64,000 nt of DNA from Candidatus Amulumruptor caecigallinarius (GTDB lineage: Bacteria; Bacteroidota; Bacteroidia; Bacteroidales; Muribaculaceae): positions 11,430 through 75,429 of the forward strand of contig JAMPDQ010000004.1 in NCBI GenBank assembly GCA_023665575.1, read 5' to 3'. This document shows, piece by piece, positions 19,928 to 28,556 of the stretch. Positions within the stretch are counted from its first letter, which is position 1. Every line of letters begins with the position of its first letter. The notes under the pieces are model-generated. The model had not been told where the DNA came from. It saw nothing but the letters and a program-made list of their open reading frames with translations, and did not search any database. The position numbers were made by a program, and so were the translations under genes.

Positions 19928-21877
19928 CTAAAAACTCACGTTCACCCCTGCGAGGATGCCTATTCCATCGGTGAGAGGGGCGTTGAGATAATAATATTTT
20001 GGGCGATAGTTAAACAGATTATCGATGGCTACCGTGACTTTCACATGTTTTCGGAAAGAGCATCCGGCAGAGAGTTTCCACAGGGAATATGGGGGATATT
20101 TCACACTGACAGTGCCGGCCGATATGTCGTAATAATCTTTATACTCAATATTATTAACATCGGATAGCACGCGTCCGTTCATGCCGAGTGTCAGGTCAAA
20201 ATCGCGAGTGAGCTGTTTCTCCCAGTCAAGCCGCATTGTCAGCGAATGCTTGCGAGCGGGAATATATTGATTGTTTGCCACATTGCCATCGCGGTTTTTA
20301 GGAAAATTCTCATGTGTATAGGCATATGACAACTTGGCAGAAAGGCCGCAAGCCCATCTTGCCTGAAGGGTGACATCGGCTCCGAACACACTGTATTTGT
20401 CAAGATTCACATAATTCAGAAAAAGTTGGTTCCCTTCACCGGGTTTATAATAGGGGAGACCCGTGGCTATTTTATCGTTAATGATATTATAATATCCGGT
20501 CAATGTGAATGAATAACTTTTGAATGCCCAATCGAATGAGGCATTAAAATTATGGCTCGATTCCGGCTTCAGACTTTCATTACCCTCCACAATCCAGATT
20601 CCCGCCATATCGAAATTATAATATTTCTCCTTGAGCGTGGGGGTACGGAAGCCCATGCCGTAGGAAAACCGCACATTGGCATTTTCAAAAGGGATATATC
20701 GCGCCGAAATTTTTGGAGTGACGCGCGAGATATTCTCCGAAGAGAAATAGTCATAACGCGCGGCTGCCACCACTTCCCACTTCGGATTGAAAATCCAGTC
20801 GTATTGCGCAAAGAAATCGGCATTGGCTTCATGTCCGGCGCCACCGCTCACCTTTGTGTTTTGGAGATAATCATAGCGATAGTCGGCGCCGAGCGACAGC
20901 ACATCGCCGCGCGGAGTGATGTAATTGTAAGCGGTGCGCACTGAATTCACCACGTTGCTGTAATTCCTGACATCGCTTCCCGTAATCCGCATATATGAGG
21001 ATTTATCATACTGGTCGAATGAATATGCCACCACCAGATCATGCGAATCGGTGATATTCCACACACCCCTGAAGCCGGCCGAATAATCGCGATATCTTTC
21101 CGGAGTGTCGGGAATGCGCGGCACCTCACGGAAAAAATATCCGGCGCGCACGCTCAGTCTGAGACCCCGCGTTGGATATACAGTAAATTTATCTTTTACA
21201 TTAAGGGTGCGGTTTCCATAAATTGTGGTCACAACCCTTCCGGCAGGATTAGGCGCACTGTTGACATCGTAAGAATGAATGCCCGAATATTGCGCGGACA
21301 GCGAGTTTGACACAAATTTGCCGCGCAGGCCGAAATTGAGATTATAGCGTTGGCTGAGATGTTTGCCGAAACGTGCGCCGGCAGTGACGCTCCAGGGGCG
21401 GGATGGTGTTTTGGTGATTACATTCACCACTCCACCCACAGCATGGCCGCCATATAGGGCGCTGGAGGCACCGCGCACAATTTCCACGCGTTCCACATCG
21501 TTCATCGACATGCGGCTGAAATCCACATCATCCATGGTTTCGCCCGCAAGTCGCTCGCCATCCACAAGGAAGAGCACACTCTGGCCTCCGAAACCTCCCA
21601 GATTCATATGGGTTTGCTGATTCATCGCATAAGAGAATTCCACAGCGGGCATCTCCTGCTGCAACAATTCTTCGATATCGCCGGCATCGGAGCGTTCTAT
21701 ATCCTTCGCTGAAATCACAGCTGTCTGCACAGGTGTGTTCTTAAGCAGTTTGGGAGCACGTGTGCCGGTAATCACAATCTCCTCGAGATCTTTCTCGAAG
21801 GCAGTGGAGTCGGCGGCCGTTGCCGCAGAGGCAGCGGTCATCGAGGAGAGCGCGGCAACAAGCAGATTCAGCAACAT
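19928..21877 (-). CDS. TonB-dependent outer-membrane receptor (HmuR-like)
   Basis: Signal peptide. Plug region EEIVITGTRAPKLLKNTPVQTAVISAKDIERS. Beta-barrel ending in an aromatic residue (...GVNVSF). Starts 1 nt after the HmuY-like gene. Confidence 0.9.
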   Translation of the reverse strand: MLLNLLVAALSSMTAASAATAADSTAFEKDLEEIVITGTRAPKLLKNTPVQTAVISAKDIERSDAGDIEELLQQEMPAVEFSYAMNQQTHMNLGGFGGQSVLFLVDGERLAGETMDDVDFSRMSMNDVERVEIVRGASSALYGGHAVGGVVNVITKTPSRPWSVTAGARFGKHLSQRYNLNFGLRGKFVSNSLSAQYSGIHSYDVNSAPNPAGRVVTTIYGNRTLNVKDKFTVYPTRGLRLSVRAGYFFREVPRIPDTPERYRDYSAGFRGVWNITDSHDLVVAYSFDQYDKSSYMRITGSDVRNYSNVVNSVRTAYNYITPRGDVLSLGADYRYDYLQNTKVSGGAGHEANADFFAQYDWIFNPKWEVVAAARYDYFSSENISRVTPKISARYIPFENANVRFSYGMGFRTPTLKEKYYNFDMAGIWIVEGNESLKPESSHNFNASFDWAFKSYSFTLTGYYNIINDKIATGLPYYKPGEGNQLFLNYVNLDKYSVFGADVTLQARWACGLSAKLSYAYTHENFPKNRDGNVANNQYIPARKHSLTMRLDWEKQLTRDFDLTLGMNGRVLSDVNNIEYKDYYDISAGTVSVKYPPYSLWKLSAGCSFRKHVKVTVAIDNLFNYRPKYYYLNAPLTDGIGILAGVNVSF

Positions 21878-21878
21878 G

Positions 21879-22661
21879 TCACAAGGGATAACGATAATTT
21901 ATTGTTAGGCAACATTTCACACCCGTTGCGCTTTGATAATTCTCAAGTTGAAGGGCGCCATAAGTGTCATCAGGGAGGTGAATCACAAACACTTGGGTGT
22001 TTATGTCAAACGCCGGGGGAATTGGGGGGATACTGACGGCAAGCCATGAGGAGAGCACAGGGTTTACGTAGATTCCCTGATTGCCGATATAGCCTGCAAG
22101 CATTTTATCCTGCACACACCACACATCCGTTTCATTCCAGTTGTCGCCGCGAAATTGCAGGGAAGCTAAATAATCACGGTTGGCCGGCAACTCATCGATA
22201 TCATGAAATTCAGTTGCTGCCACGGTGCAACCATTGGTGCGCACGTTGTTGCGGTGAACTGCGAAAGTCCATTTCTGCGGCTCCGACTGGGGGAGAGTCG
22301 GGAAATAGCTCACGAATTCGTATCTGGAGATTCCCTGGCCAAACACATCATACCAATAGGTATAGATGCCGGCCTTTCCTTCGGGATTGGGAATCTCACT
22401 CATCGGAATATCCGTGGCCACCCAGAGGTCATTACCGTTCGTATCCGGATTTGCCTCCACACTCCGCGCGAGGGCCTGCAAATCCATATAATACCATTTG
22501 CCCCAGTCAGAGGCATCCACAAAGAGTTTGCCGGCCACAGTATTTGTCTCGTCATCAGGCGGGTTGTCATAAACAAACCCGAATCCACCCTCGCAACTCT
22601 GCAACAATGCAGCGGAGAGAATCAAGACGATGACATATGTCAGCCGGAAAATGCGCATCAT
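21879..22661 (-). CDS. HmuY-family lipoprotein (putative heme/tetrapyrrole-binding)
   Basis: Lipobox LLQSC. WTFAVHRNNVRTNG resembles the WD(M/I)A(L/F)HRYDVR(L/T)N core of P. gingivalis HmuY. WGKWYYMDL and the C-terminal ...CCLTINYRYPL also parallel HmuY. Confidence 0.65.
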   Translation of the reverse strand: MMRIFRLTYVIVLILSAALLQSCEGGFGFVYDNPPDDETNTVAGKLFVDASDWGKWYYMDLQALARSVEANPDTNGNDLWVATDIPMSEIPNPEGKAGIYTYWYDVFGQGISRYEFVSYFPTLPQSEPQKWTFAVHRNNVRTNGCTVAATEFHDIDELPANRDYLASLQFRGDNWNETDVWCVQDKMLAGYIGNQGIYVNPVLSSWLAVSIPPIPPAFDINTQVFVIHLPDDTYGALQLENYQSATGVKCCLTINYRYPL

Positions 22662-23245
22662 CTTTTACTTCCTGTGAATGAGCCAGTGAGAGGGAAAGGC
22701 ATGTTGCCGAGTTTGAAAGGATTTGTAATGCTGAGAGTGTTGTCGGAAAGCTTCACAAGAATGCTGCTCTCACCGCCTACGGTGTAATCCTTGTTAAACA
22801 TGACATTGCCATCTTTTACAGCAAGGAAATGCTGCTGAATTCCATCGGCGCCATACATCCTGTAGAAGCCACCTTTTTCATCATCATATTCGAGGCCCGG
22901 AATTGTAACCGCACCGATTTCCAGATCACCCATCATTGTGTTGACGAGGCTGTATTGCGGGATACTCACAGTGATTGTGCCATCCTCATTGGCGGTAATG
23001 GTGTAGGATGCATTGGTGGAATAATCATACATACCGCCAACATTCACAGACTGTGTTCCGTCATAAATTCCGGCATAAAGCTGCGCGGGATTTGCAGTCT
23101 CGGTTGCGAAAGTCATCTCCTGAATATCGGAGACAGCGATAACGGTTTCCTCGCCGGTGGTTTTGATAATTTTCAACACTTCTGTTTGTGCGTTAGCCAC
23201 AAAGAATGAGGAGAGCAATATTGCAAAAAATGATATTTTTTTCAT
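22658..23245 (-). CDS. Secreted protein of unknown function (possible calycin-like beta-barrel)
   Basis: Signal peptide MKKISFFAILLSSFFVANAQ. Beta-rich sequence. ATGA overlap with the HmuY-like gene. The family assignment comes from memory only. Confidence 0.6.
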   Translation of the reverse strand: MKKISFFAILLSSFFVANAQTEVLKIIKTTGEETVIAVSDIQEMTFATETANPAQLYAGIYDGTQSVNVGGMYDYSTNASYTITANEDGTITVSIPQYSLVNTMMGDLEIGAVTIPGLEYDDEKGGFYRMYGADGIQQHFLAVKDGNVMFNKDYTVGGESSILVKLSDNTLSITNPFKLGNMPFPLTGSFTGSKR

Positions 23246-23251
23246 GACTGG

Positions 23252-23689
23252 TTATTTCTTGATGATATTTACTGAATGGGATTTTGTTTTTGCCACATAA
23301 ATTCCGGCCGGCATGGGATTTAGATCAAGGCAATCCATGCTTTCAGCCACAAGAGCTCCACTGAGCGAAAAAAGCCGGATGTGCATGCCGGGAGCGGTGA
23401 TTGTATTATTCAGATAAGAAAACAGTTGCCTGTCTTCATCTGAGAGAATGTCATCCACACCGGCACCATTCTCGGCGAAAATCATCTTCACGATATCCGC
23501 ACGTTTGTAAGAAAAAGATGCGGAATTCACAGTGACCGTGAGATTGTCGCCGATGCATTTTAGCACGGGTTTTTCCGAAAGCATATAAGTGGGAGAAGAG
23601 CCGTCGGCAAGCTTTATTTCAAGCATCGTTTCTGCAGAAACCGACAGTGCGGCCGCCACTGCAAAAGCCGTGATGATAAATTTCTTCAT
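23252..23689 (-). CDS. Small secreted protein with a T9SS (Por) C-terminal sorting domain
   Basis: Signal peptide. C-terminal IRLFSLSGALVAES...LNPMPAGIYVAKTKSHSVNIIKK matches the T9SS type A CTD pattern. Confidence 0.7.
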   Translation of the reverse strand: MKKFIITAFAVAAALSVSAETMLEIKLADGSSPTYMLSEKPVLKCIGDNLTVTVNSASFSYKRADIVKMIFAENGAGVDDILSDEDRQLFSYLNNTITAPGMHIRLFSLSGALVAESMDCLDLNPMPAGIYVAKTKSHSVNIIKK

Positions 23690-23723
23690 TTTTCTTTAAA
23701 TTGTTGAAATGTTGTTTCGGATG

Positions 23724-23731
23724 CAAAGGTA
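23724..23731 (-). promoter_or_regulatory. Candidate Bacteroidetes -7 box (TACCTTTG = TAnnTTTG) for the T9SS-cargo/HmuY/HmuR operon
   Basis: Reverse complement of CAAAGGTA, about 35 nt upstream of the ATG at 23689. A partial -33 (ATTG) lies 20 nt further upstream. Confidence 0.4.
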
Positions 23732-23884
23732 TATAAATAAAATCGTTCTGACAATTCCCACTAATGAGTATTTACGATTGATGCATCCAAGACCACGTGT
23801 CATAAAAATTTCGGTGCAACATTTTGTTTGCAGATACTCATGAGCAGACAAAATGCGCCAATCCCGGCCATGACGTTGTGATGT

Positions 23885-23916
23885 ATTGCTCAATTAGTTT
23901 ATTTTTTCTAAATTTG
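23885..23916 (+). promoter_or_regulatory. Candidate promoter for ispB (-33 ATTG, 20-nt spacer, -7 TAAATTTG)
   Basis: TAAATTTG at 23909-23916 fits TAnnTTTG. The MITE-like copy lies between this box and the ispB start. Confidence 0.4.
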
Positions 23917-23980
23917 CAACGGGTATGTCGCGCTGCAGCGCGAGGTGTGCGACTGATAAAAGTTGCGATATGCCCTTCAA

Positions 23981-24250
23981 TTTAGTGTCTGTTTCATAAA
24001 AAATTTAACATTAGGGGTCGCATGCGAGACCAATAGTAATTTAAATATAAAATAGACAGATGATTTATTGTTAATTTATTTAACACATATGTCTGTATCA
24101 ATAAAAAAATCACTTTAGCCCGGCTTCTTTTTTGGCTGATATATCCAATCTCGCCGGTCACAACCTAAAGGTTGCTCCTTCTGAGATTGAATAAATTATC
24201 TCAGAAATAAGACGAGCCTGAAGTTGAATTCTTTATGAAACAGACTCTTA
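23981..24250. mobile_element. MITE-like element, 270-bp copy with terminal inverted repeats
   Basis: Left end TTTAGTGTCTGTTTCATAAAAAATTTAACATTAGGGGTCGCATGC. Right end GCCTGAAGTTGAATTCTTTATGAAACAGACTCTTA (its inverted complement). The interior aligns with the copy at 34222. No internal ORF. Confidence 0.8.
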
Positions 24251-24255
24251 TCCTT

Positions 24256-25230
24256 ATGAGTTCAATAGCACAAATAAAAGGGAGGCTTGGCGCCGAACTT
24301 GAAGAGATGAATGCGATAATCTCTGAATCTCTGAGCACCCGCAATGAGATGATGAATGATGTCGTGACCCGCTATCTTCGTATAAAAGGGAAGCAAATAC
24401 GCCCTATTCTGGTGATATTGAGCGCACAAATGTTTGGCAAAGTGAGTCGTGAGGTGCTCTATGCCGGAGCAGCGCTTGAGATGCTCCACAATGCATCGCT
24501 GATTCACGATGACATAGTTGACGAAACATCGCTGCGGCGCGGCGTGCCTACGGTTAACGCACGCATGGGCAATCATATCGCCGTGCTTGTAGGCGATTTT
24601 TTTGTGTCAAATTCGCTTGCCGTGGGCATACGCACCGGCAATATATATGTGGTATCCGCGCTTTCCGCGCTCGGCAAAGAGCTGAGTCTCGGCGAAATCG
24701 ACCAGATATGCAACGCCCGCGACCATGAATATGATGAAGAGAGCTATTTTGCCATGATCCGGCAGAAAACAGCCTCTCTTTTCATGCATTGTGTCGGCAT
24801 GGGTGCCAACCTTGCCGGAGCATCGCGTGAAGATACCGACAAACTGACTCGCTATGCTGAGCTTCTGGGATTGTGCTTCCAGATTAAGGATGATATATTC
24901 GACTATTACAACAATGACGAGATAGGGAAACCCACCGGCAACGACTTGCGCGAGGGGAAAGTGACACTTCCCCTTCTGTATGCGCTTGCCAACGGCCCTG
25001 CCCCGGAGCGTGCCGGAATGAAGGCCCTTGTGGAGCGCGGAGACCTTACGGAGGATGAAATCACCGGGCTGATTGAATTCGCCAAAGCCAACGGCGGAAT
25101 AAATTATGCCTTTCAATGCATGCGCCGCATGCAGGAGGAGGCAGAGGAAATCATAAAGGATTTTCCCGACAGCGACTCCAAGGACTCATTTAGAGAAATC
25201 TTCAATTACATCATATCGCGCAACCGATGA
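24256..25230 (+). CDS. ispB: Polyprenyl (octaprenyl-type) diphosphate synthase
   Basis: DDxxD motifs LIHDDIVDE and IKDDIFD. The listed ORF starts at 24235 (MKQTL...), inside the repeat end. The Met at 24256 (MSSIAQIKG...) fits family N-termini better. Confidence 0.9.
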   Translation: MSSIAQIKGRLGAELEEMNAIISESLSTRNEMMNDVVTRYLRIKGKQIRPILVILSAQMFGKVSREVLYAGAALEMLHNASLIHDDIVDETSLRRGVPTVNARMGNHIAVLVGDFFVSNSLAVGIRTGNIYVVSALSALGKELSLGEIDQICNARDHEYDEESYFAMIRQKTASLFMHCVGMGANLAGASREDTDKLTRYAELLGLCFQIKDDIFDYYNNDEIGKPTGNDLREGKVTLPLLYALANGPAPERAGMKALVERGDLTEDEITGLIEFAKANGGINYAFQCMRRMQEEAEEIIKDFPDSDSKDSFREIFNYIISRNR

Positions 25231-25889
25231 AGAAATCGGAGAGCGCACAATTGGCCGCATTCATGATTCCCGGCATTGCCGAAGCCGGATGTGATGAGGC
25301 CGGCCGAGGATGCCTGTGCGGACCGGTGAGTTGCGCCGCAGTGATTCTCGGCTCCGACTTTGACGGCACCGGGCTTAACGATTCCAAACAGCTCAGTGCG
25401 CCCGAACGCCGCGAACTGCGCATAAGAATCGAGCGCGATGCTTTGGCTTGGGCCGTAGTGATGGTGGATGCCTGCGAAATAGACAGAATCAATATCCTGA
25501 ATGCATCGATAGCCGGGATGCACCGCGCCCTTGATGCACTCTCTATCAGACCCGCCCACATCCTTGTGGACGGCAACAGGTTCAAGCCATATCTCGACCC
25601 GGAGAAGATGATGGACATTCCCCACCACACAATTGTGAAAGGAGATGCAAAATTTTTGTCGATAGCTGCTGCTTCAATCCTTGCGAAAACACATCGCGAT
25701 GAGCTTATGGAGCAACTCGCCGGGGAATATCCCGGCTATGGGTGGGAAAGAAACATGGGCTACCCAACAAAAGAGCATCTCGCAGCAATCGGGAAGCTCG
25801 GCATTACGCCTGTGCACAGGCTCACTTTTCGCGGCGTGAAAGAATTGGTAATTTCTCAAACCGACACACAAGTACGGCATAAAGGATGA
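25227..25889 (+). CDS. rnhB: Ribonuclease HII
   Basis: DEAGRGCLCGPV active-site motif. ATGA overlap with ispB. The non-conserved C-terminal tail overlaps the convergent flippase gene by 68 nt. Confidence 0.93.
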   Translation: MKKSESAQLAAFMIPGIAEAGCDEAGRGCLCGPVSCAAVILGSDFDGTGLNDSKQLSAPERRELRIRIERDALAWAVVMVDACEIDRINILNASIAGMHRALDALSIRPAHILVDGNRFKPYLDPEKMMDIPHHTIVKGDAKFLSIAAASILAKTHRDELMEQLAGEYPGYGWERNMGYPTKEHLAAIGKLGITPVHRLTFRGVKELVISQTDTQVRHKG

Positions 25890-27327
25890 GCAATGCCACT
25901 CTCAAGGCAAACACCGCCCATGTGGGCATCATATTTTCCGCATACATCCCGATAACAAAAAGCACGGTCGCCACCACGCAATAGCAGGCAATGCGTCGCA
26001 TCTCATAAGGCAGCGGATAATAATGTCTCCCCACAAAATAGGAAACGAGCATCACGATAAAATAGCTTGCCAATGCCGCCCATGCCGAGCCTACGTATCC
26101 ATCGGGTATGCCTATGGCCGGCACAAACCACAGATTAAAGAGCAACATCAGGATGAAGCAAAGCACCGACATATACATTCCCCATTCCGTGCGGTCGGTA
26201 AGCTTATACCATAACGACAGATTGAAGAAAACGCCGAAACAAAGCTCGGCCACCATCATAATTGGCACAACCCTAAGCCCCGACCAATAAGCCGGAGCCA
26301 CAAAATGCTTAAGCACCGGCAAGAAAAACATCACACCCAGAAAGATAAACAGGCCGAACACTATGAAAAATTTCATTGCGTCACAATATGCCCGGTTTTT
26401 TGTTTCGCCCGCTCCCTTTGCCTGCGCAAAGATAAATGGCTCATAGGCATATCGGAACGCCTGGGTGAACATCACCATAACAATCGCAATCTTTATGTTG
26501 GCGCCATAGATTCCCACCATGGAGCGCGCAGCCTCCTCATTGCCGGGGAAAAGATAGGGAATAATCATTTGTCCCATGTTCTGACTCAGCACTCCGGCCA
26601 CACCCAAAATGAGCAAAGGCCAGCTGTAGCGCAGCATTTGCCTGAGAAGGGGGAACGAAAATCTCCACTTACAGCCGGTGATTTCCGGCAGAAGCGACAG
26701 CAAAATCACGATTGTGGAGATTATATTGGCCACAAAAATCCATCCAATGCCGAAAGATTCGCCCCCGACAGGCATATAGAACCACTCCACAACAGCCGGA
26801 AATGCCTTCATCAAGGCAGGGCAACCGAGCAGGAAGAACAGATTGAGCGAAATGTTTATCCCCACATTCAGCAGCTTTATGCCGGCAAAGCGGAATGCCT
26901 TTTTCCGAAACCGCAGGTAGGCAAACGGGATATTTGAAAAGGCATCCATGGCCACAGTGACACCGAGCAGCCACACATACAGAGGATGATTAGGCAAAAG
27001 AATTGCGTTGGAAACAGGCCGCAGGAACAGTGTGGTCAGCAAAATAAAAGCCAGCGAGGTGGCGCCAACAGAACTCAGGGCAGTTGTGTAGACTTCGTCA
27101 GGGTTTCGCTCCTTGTTGGCATATCTGAAGAAGCCCGTCTCCATGCCATAATTCAGCACTACGAGAGCTACCGCCGTGAAGCTGTAAAGATAGCTCACGA
27201 TTCCATATTCCTCAGTGGGGAACATATACACATAGAGTGGAACGAGACACCAGTTAAGGAAGCGTCCCACGATGCTGCTCAGTCCATAAATTGCCGTTTC
27301 CTTTGCGAGCGCTTTAATACCTGCCAT
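25822..27327 (-). CDS. MOP-superfamily polysaccharide/oligosaccharide flippase (Wzx-like)
   Basis: 501 aa with about 14 hydrophobic segments. N-terminus KALAKETAIYGLSSIVGRFLNW is typical of Polysacc_synt-family proteins. Confidence 0.75.
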   Translation of the reverse strand: MAGIKALAKETAIYGLSSIVGRFLNWCLVPLYVYMFPTEEYGIVSYLYSFTAVALVVLNYGMETGFFRYANKERNPDEVYTTALSSVGATSLAFILLTTLFLRPVSNAILLPNHPLYVWLLGVTVAMDAFSNIPFAYLRFRKKAFRFAGIKLLNVGINISLNLFFLLGCPALMKAFPAVVEWFYMPVGGESFGIGWIFVANIISTIVILLSLLPEITGCKWRFSFPLLRQMLRYSWPLLILGVAGVLSQNMGQMIIPYLFPGNEEAARSMVGIYGANIKIAIVMVMFTQAFRYAYEPFIFAQAKGAGETKNRAYCDAMKFFIVFGLFIFLGVMFFLPVLKHFVAPAYWSGLRVVPIMMVAELCFGVFFNLSLWYKLTDRTEWGMYMSVLCFILMLLFNLWFVPAIGIPDGYVGSAWAALASYFIVMLVSYFVGRHYYPLPYEMRRIACYCVVATVLFVIGMYAENMMPTWAVFALRVALLILYAVLVCRFEKLPILSRREK

Positions 27328-27351
27328 AAGGGTCTAAACTGTTTTGTGGGT

Positions 27352-28401
27352 CTATTCGGTGTAAGAAGAATCAAAGAGCGACGGGGCATCCGGATTCAGG
27401 GGGCGGTGGAGATGCCGATAAGCCAGGTCGGTGACCTCTCGCCCTCTGGGAGTGCGCTTTAGGAAACCCTCCTTGATAAGAAAAGGCTCATAAACCTCTT
27501 CGATTGTGCCGGGGTCTTCACCAATGGCAGTGCCGATTGTTGTGAGTCCGACGGGGCCGCCTTTGAATTTGTCGATAATTGTGAGGAGGATTCTGTTGTC
27601 AATTTCATCGAGTCCGTAACGGTCGATATTCAGGGCTTCGAGGGCATGGCGGGCGATATTATGATCGATAGCCCCGGTGCCTTTCACCATAGCGAAGTCT
27701 CTGACTCGGCGCAACAGCGAGTTGGCCACACGCGGTGTGCCGCGACTGCGGAGGGCAATTTCGCGCGCCGCATCATCAGCGATTTTCACATTAAGCAGCG
27801 CGGCGGAGCGTTTCACAATAGCCTGAAGCAACTCATGGCCATAATATTCGAGGTGACACTGGATGCCGAAGCGAGCGCGCAGCGGCGCTGTGAGATTCCC
27901 GCTTCTTGTAGTGGCTCCCACAAGAGTAAAAGGAGAGATGTTGAGCTGCACGCTCTTGGCTCCCGGCCCCTTGTCAAGCAATATATCAATGCGGTAATCT
28001 TCCATTGCGGAGTAAAGATATTCCTCAACAATGGGATGAAGACGGTGAATCTCATCGATAAAGAGCACATCATGAGGCTCAAGAGACATGAGAATGCCGG
28101 CTAAATCGCCCGGCTTGTCAAGCACGGGGCCGGATGTGGTTTTGAAACCCACACCCAACTCATTGGCGATGATGTTAGAGAGGGTTGTTTTCCCGAGCCC
28201 CGGCGGGCCATGCAGCAACGTATGGTCAAGGGCATCTCCCCGCATACGCGCAGCCTTGACAAACACGCGAAGATTATCCACAATCTTGTCCTGCCCGGTG
28301 AAATCGCCGAACGACAAAGGACGCAGCGCTTTTTCCACTTCGCCCTCCGGCCCGGAGGGGCGGGTTTGCTGATTATTGCGTATATTGAATTCTTCTTCCA
28401 T
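27352..28401 (-). CDS. ruvB: Holliday junction branch-migration ATPase RuvB
   Basis: Walker [10 protein letters not shown] and Walker [10 protein letters not shown]. Start taken at MEEEF (28401). The ORF extends to 28413, but that ATG lies inside a -7 box. Confidence 0.95.
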   Translation of the reverse strand: MEEEFNIRNNQQTRPSGPEGEVEKALRPLSFGDFTGQDKIVDNLRVFVKAARMRGDALDHTLLHGPPGLGKTTLSNIIANELGVGFKTTSGPVLDKPGDLAGILMSLEPHDVLFIDEIHRLHPIVEEYLYSAMEDYRIDILLDKGPGAKSVQLNISPFTLVGATTRSGNLTAPLRARFGIQCHLEYYGHELLQAIVKRSAALLNVKIADDAAREIALRSRGTPRVANSLLRRVRDFAMVKGTGAIDHNIARHALEALNIDRYGLDEIDNRILLTIIDKFKGGPVGLTTIGTAIGEDPGTIEEVYEPFLIKEGFLKRTPRGREVTDLAYRHLHRPLNPDAPSLFDSSYTE

Positions 28402-28410
28402 AAGCTGACA

Positions 28411-28418
28411 CAAAGATA
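28411..28418 (-). promoter_or_regulatory. Candidate -7 box TATCTTTG directly upstream of ruvB
   Basis: Reverse complement of CAAAGATA. Only 9 nt separate the box from the ATG at 28401. Confidence 0.35.
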
Positions 28419-28510
28419 ATAAAAATCCGCAAAAAAAGCGGGGTGGAACAGATGTCCCACTCCCGCCACATCAAGGTTACGAAAAGGTTATTCATTTTAA
28501 GGGCTTAAAT

Positions 28511-28556
28511 CCACTCATCCACTCATCCACTCATCCACTCATCCACTCATCCACTC
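28511..28556. repeat. Octanucleotide tandem array (CCACTCAT) x 5.75
   Basis: Read directly. The array abuts the stop codon (28557-28559) of the 159-aa ORF. On the gene strand the junction reads TGAGAGTGGATGAGTGG... Confidence 0.95.

Noticed and set aside
23696-23893. A 65-aa minus-strand ORF in the divergent promoter region between the hmu-like operon and ispB.
   Set aside because: It lies across the predicted -7 box and leader of the operon, has no motif and is A/T-rich. It is probably non-coding.
23690-23980. A cobalamin riboswitch or Fur box upstream of the TonB-dependent receptor operon.
   Set aside because: The leader is short if the -7 box call is right. The region is A/T-rich with no B12-box-like GCCACTG core and no 19-bp Fur-type palindrome that I could see. 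A covariance-model scan would be needed to be certain.
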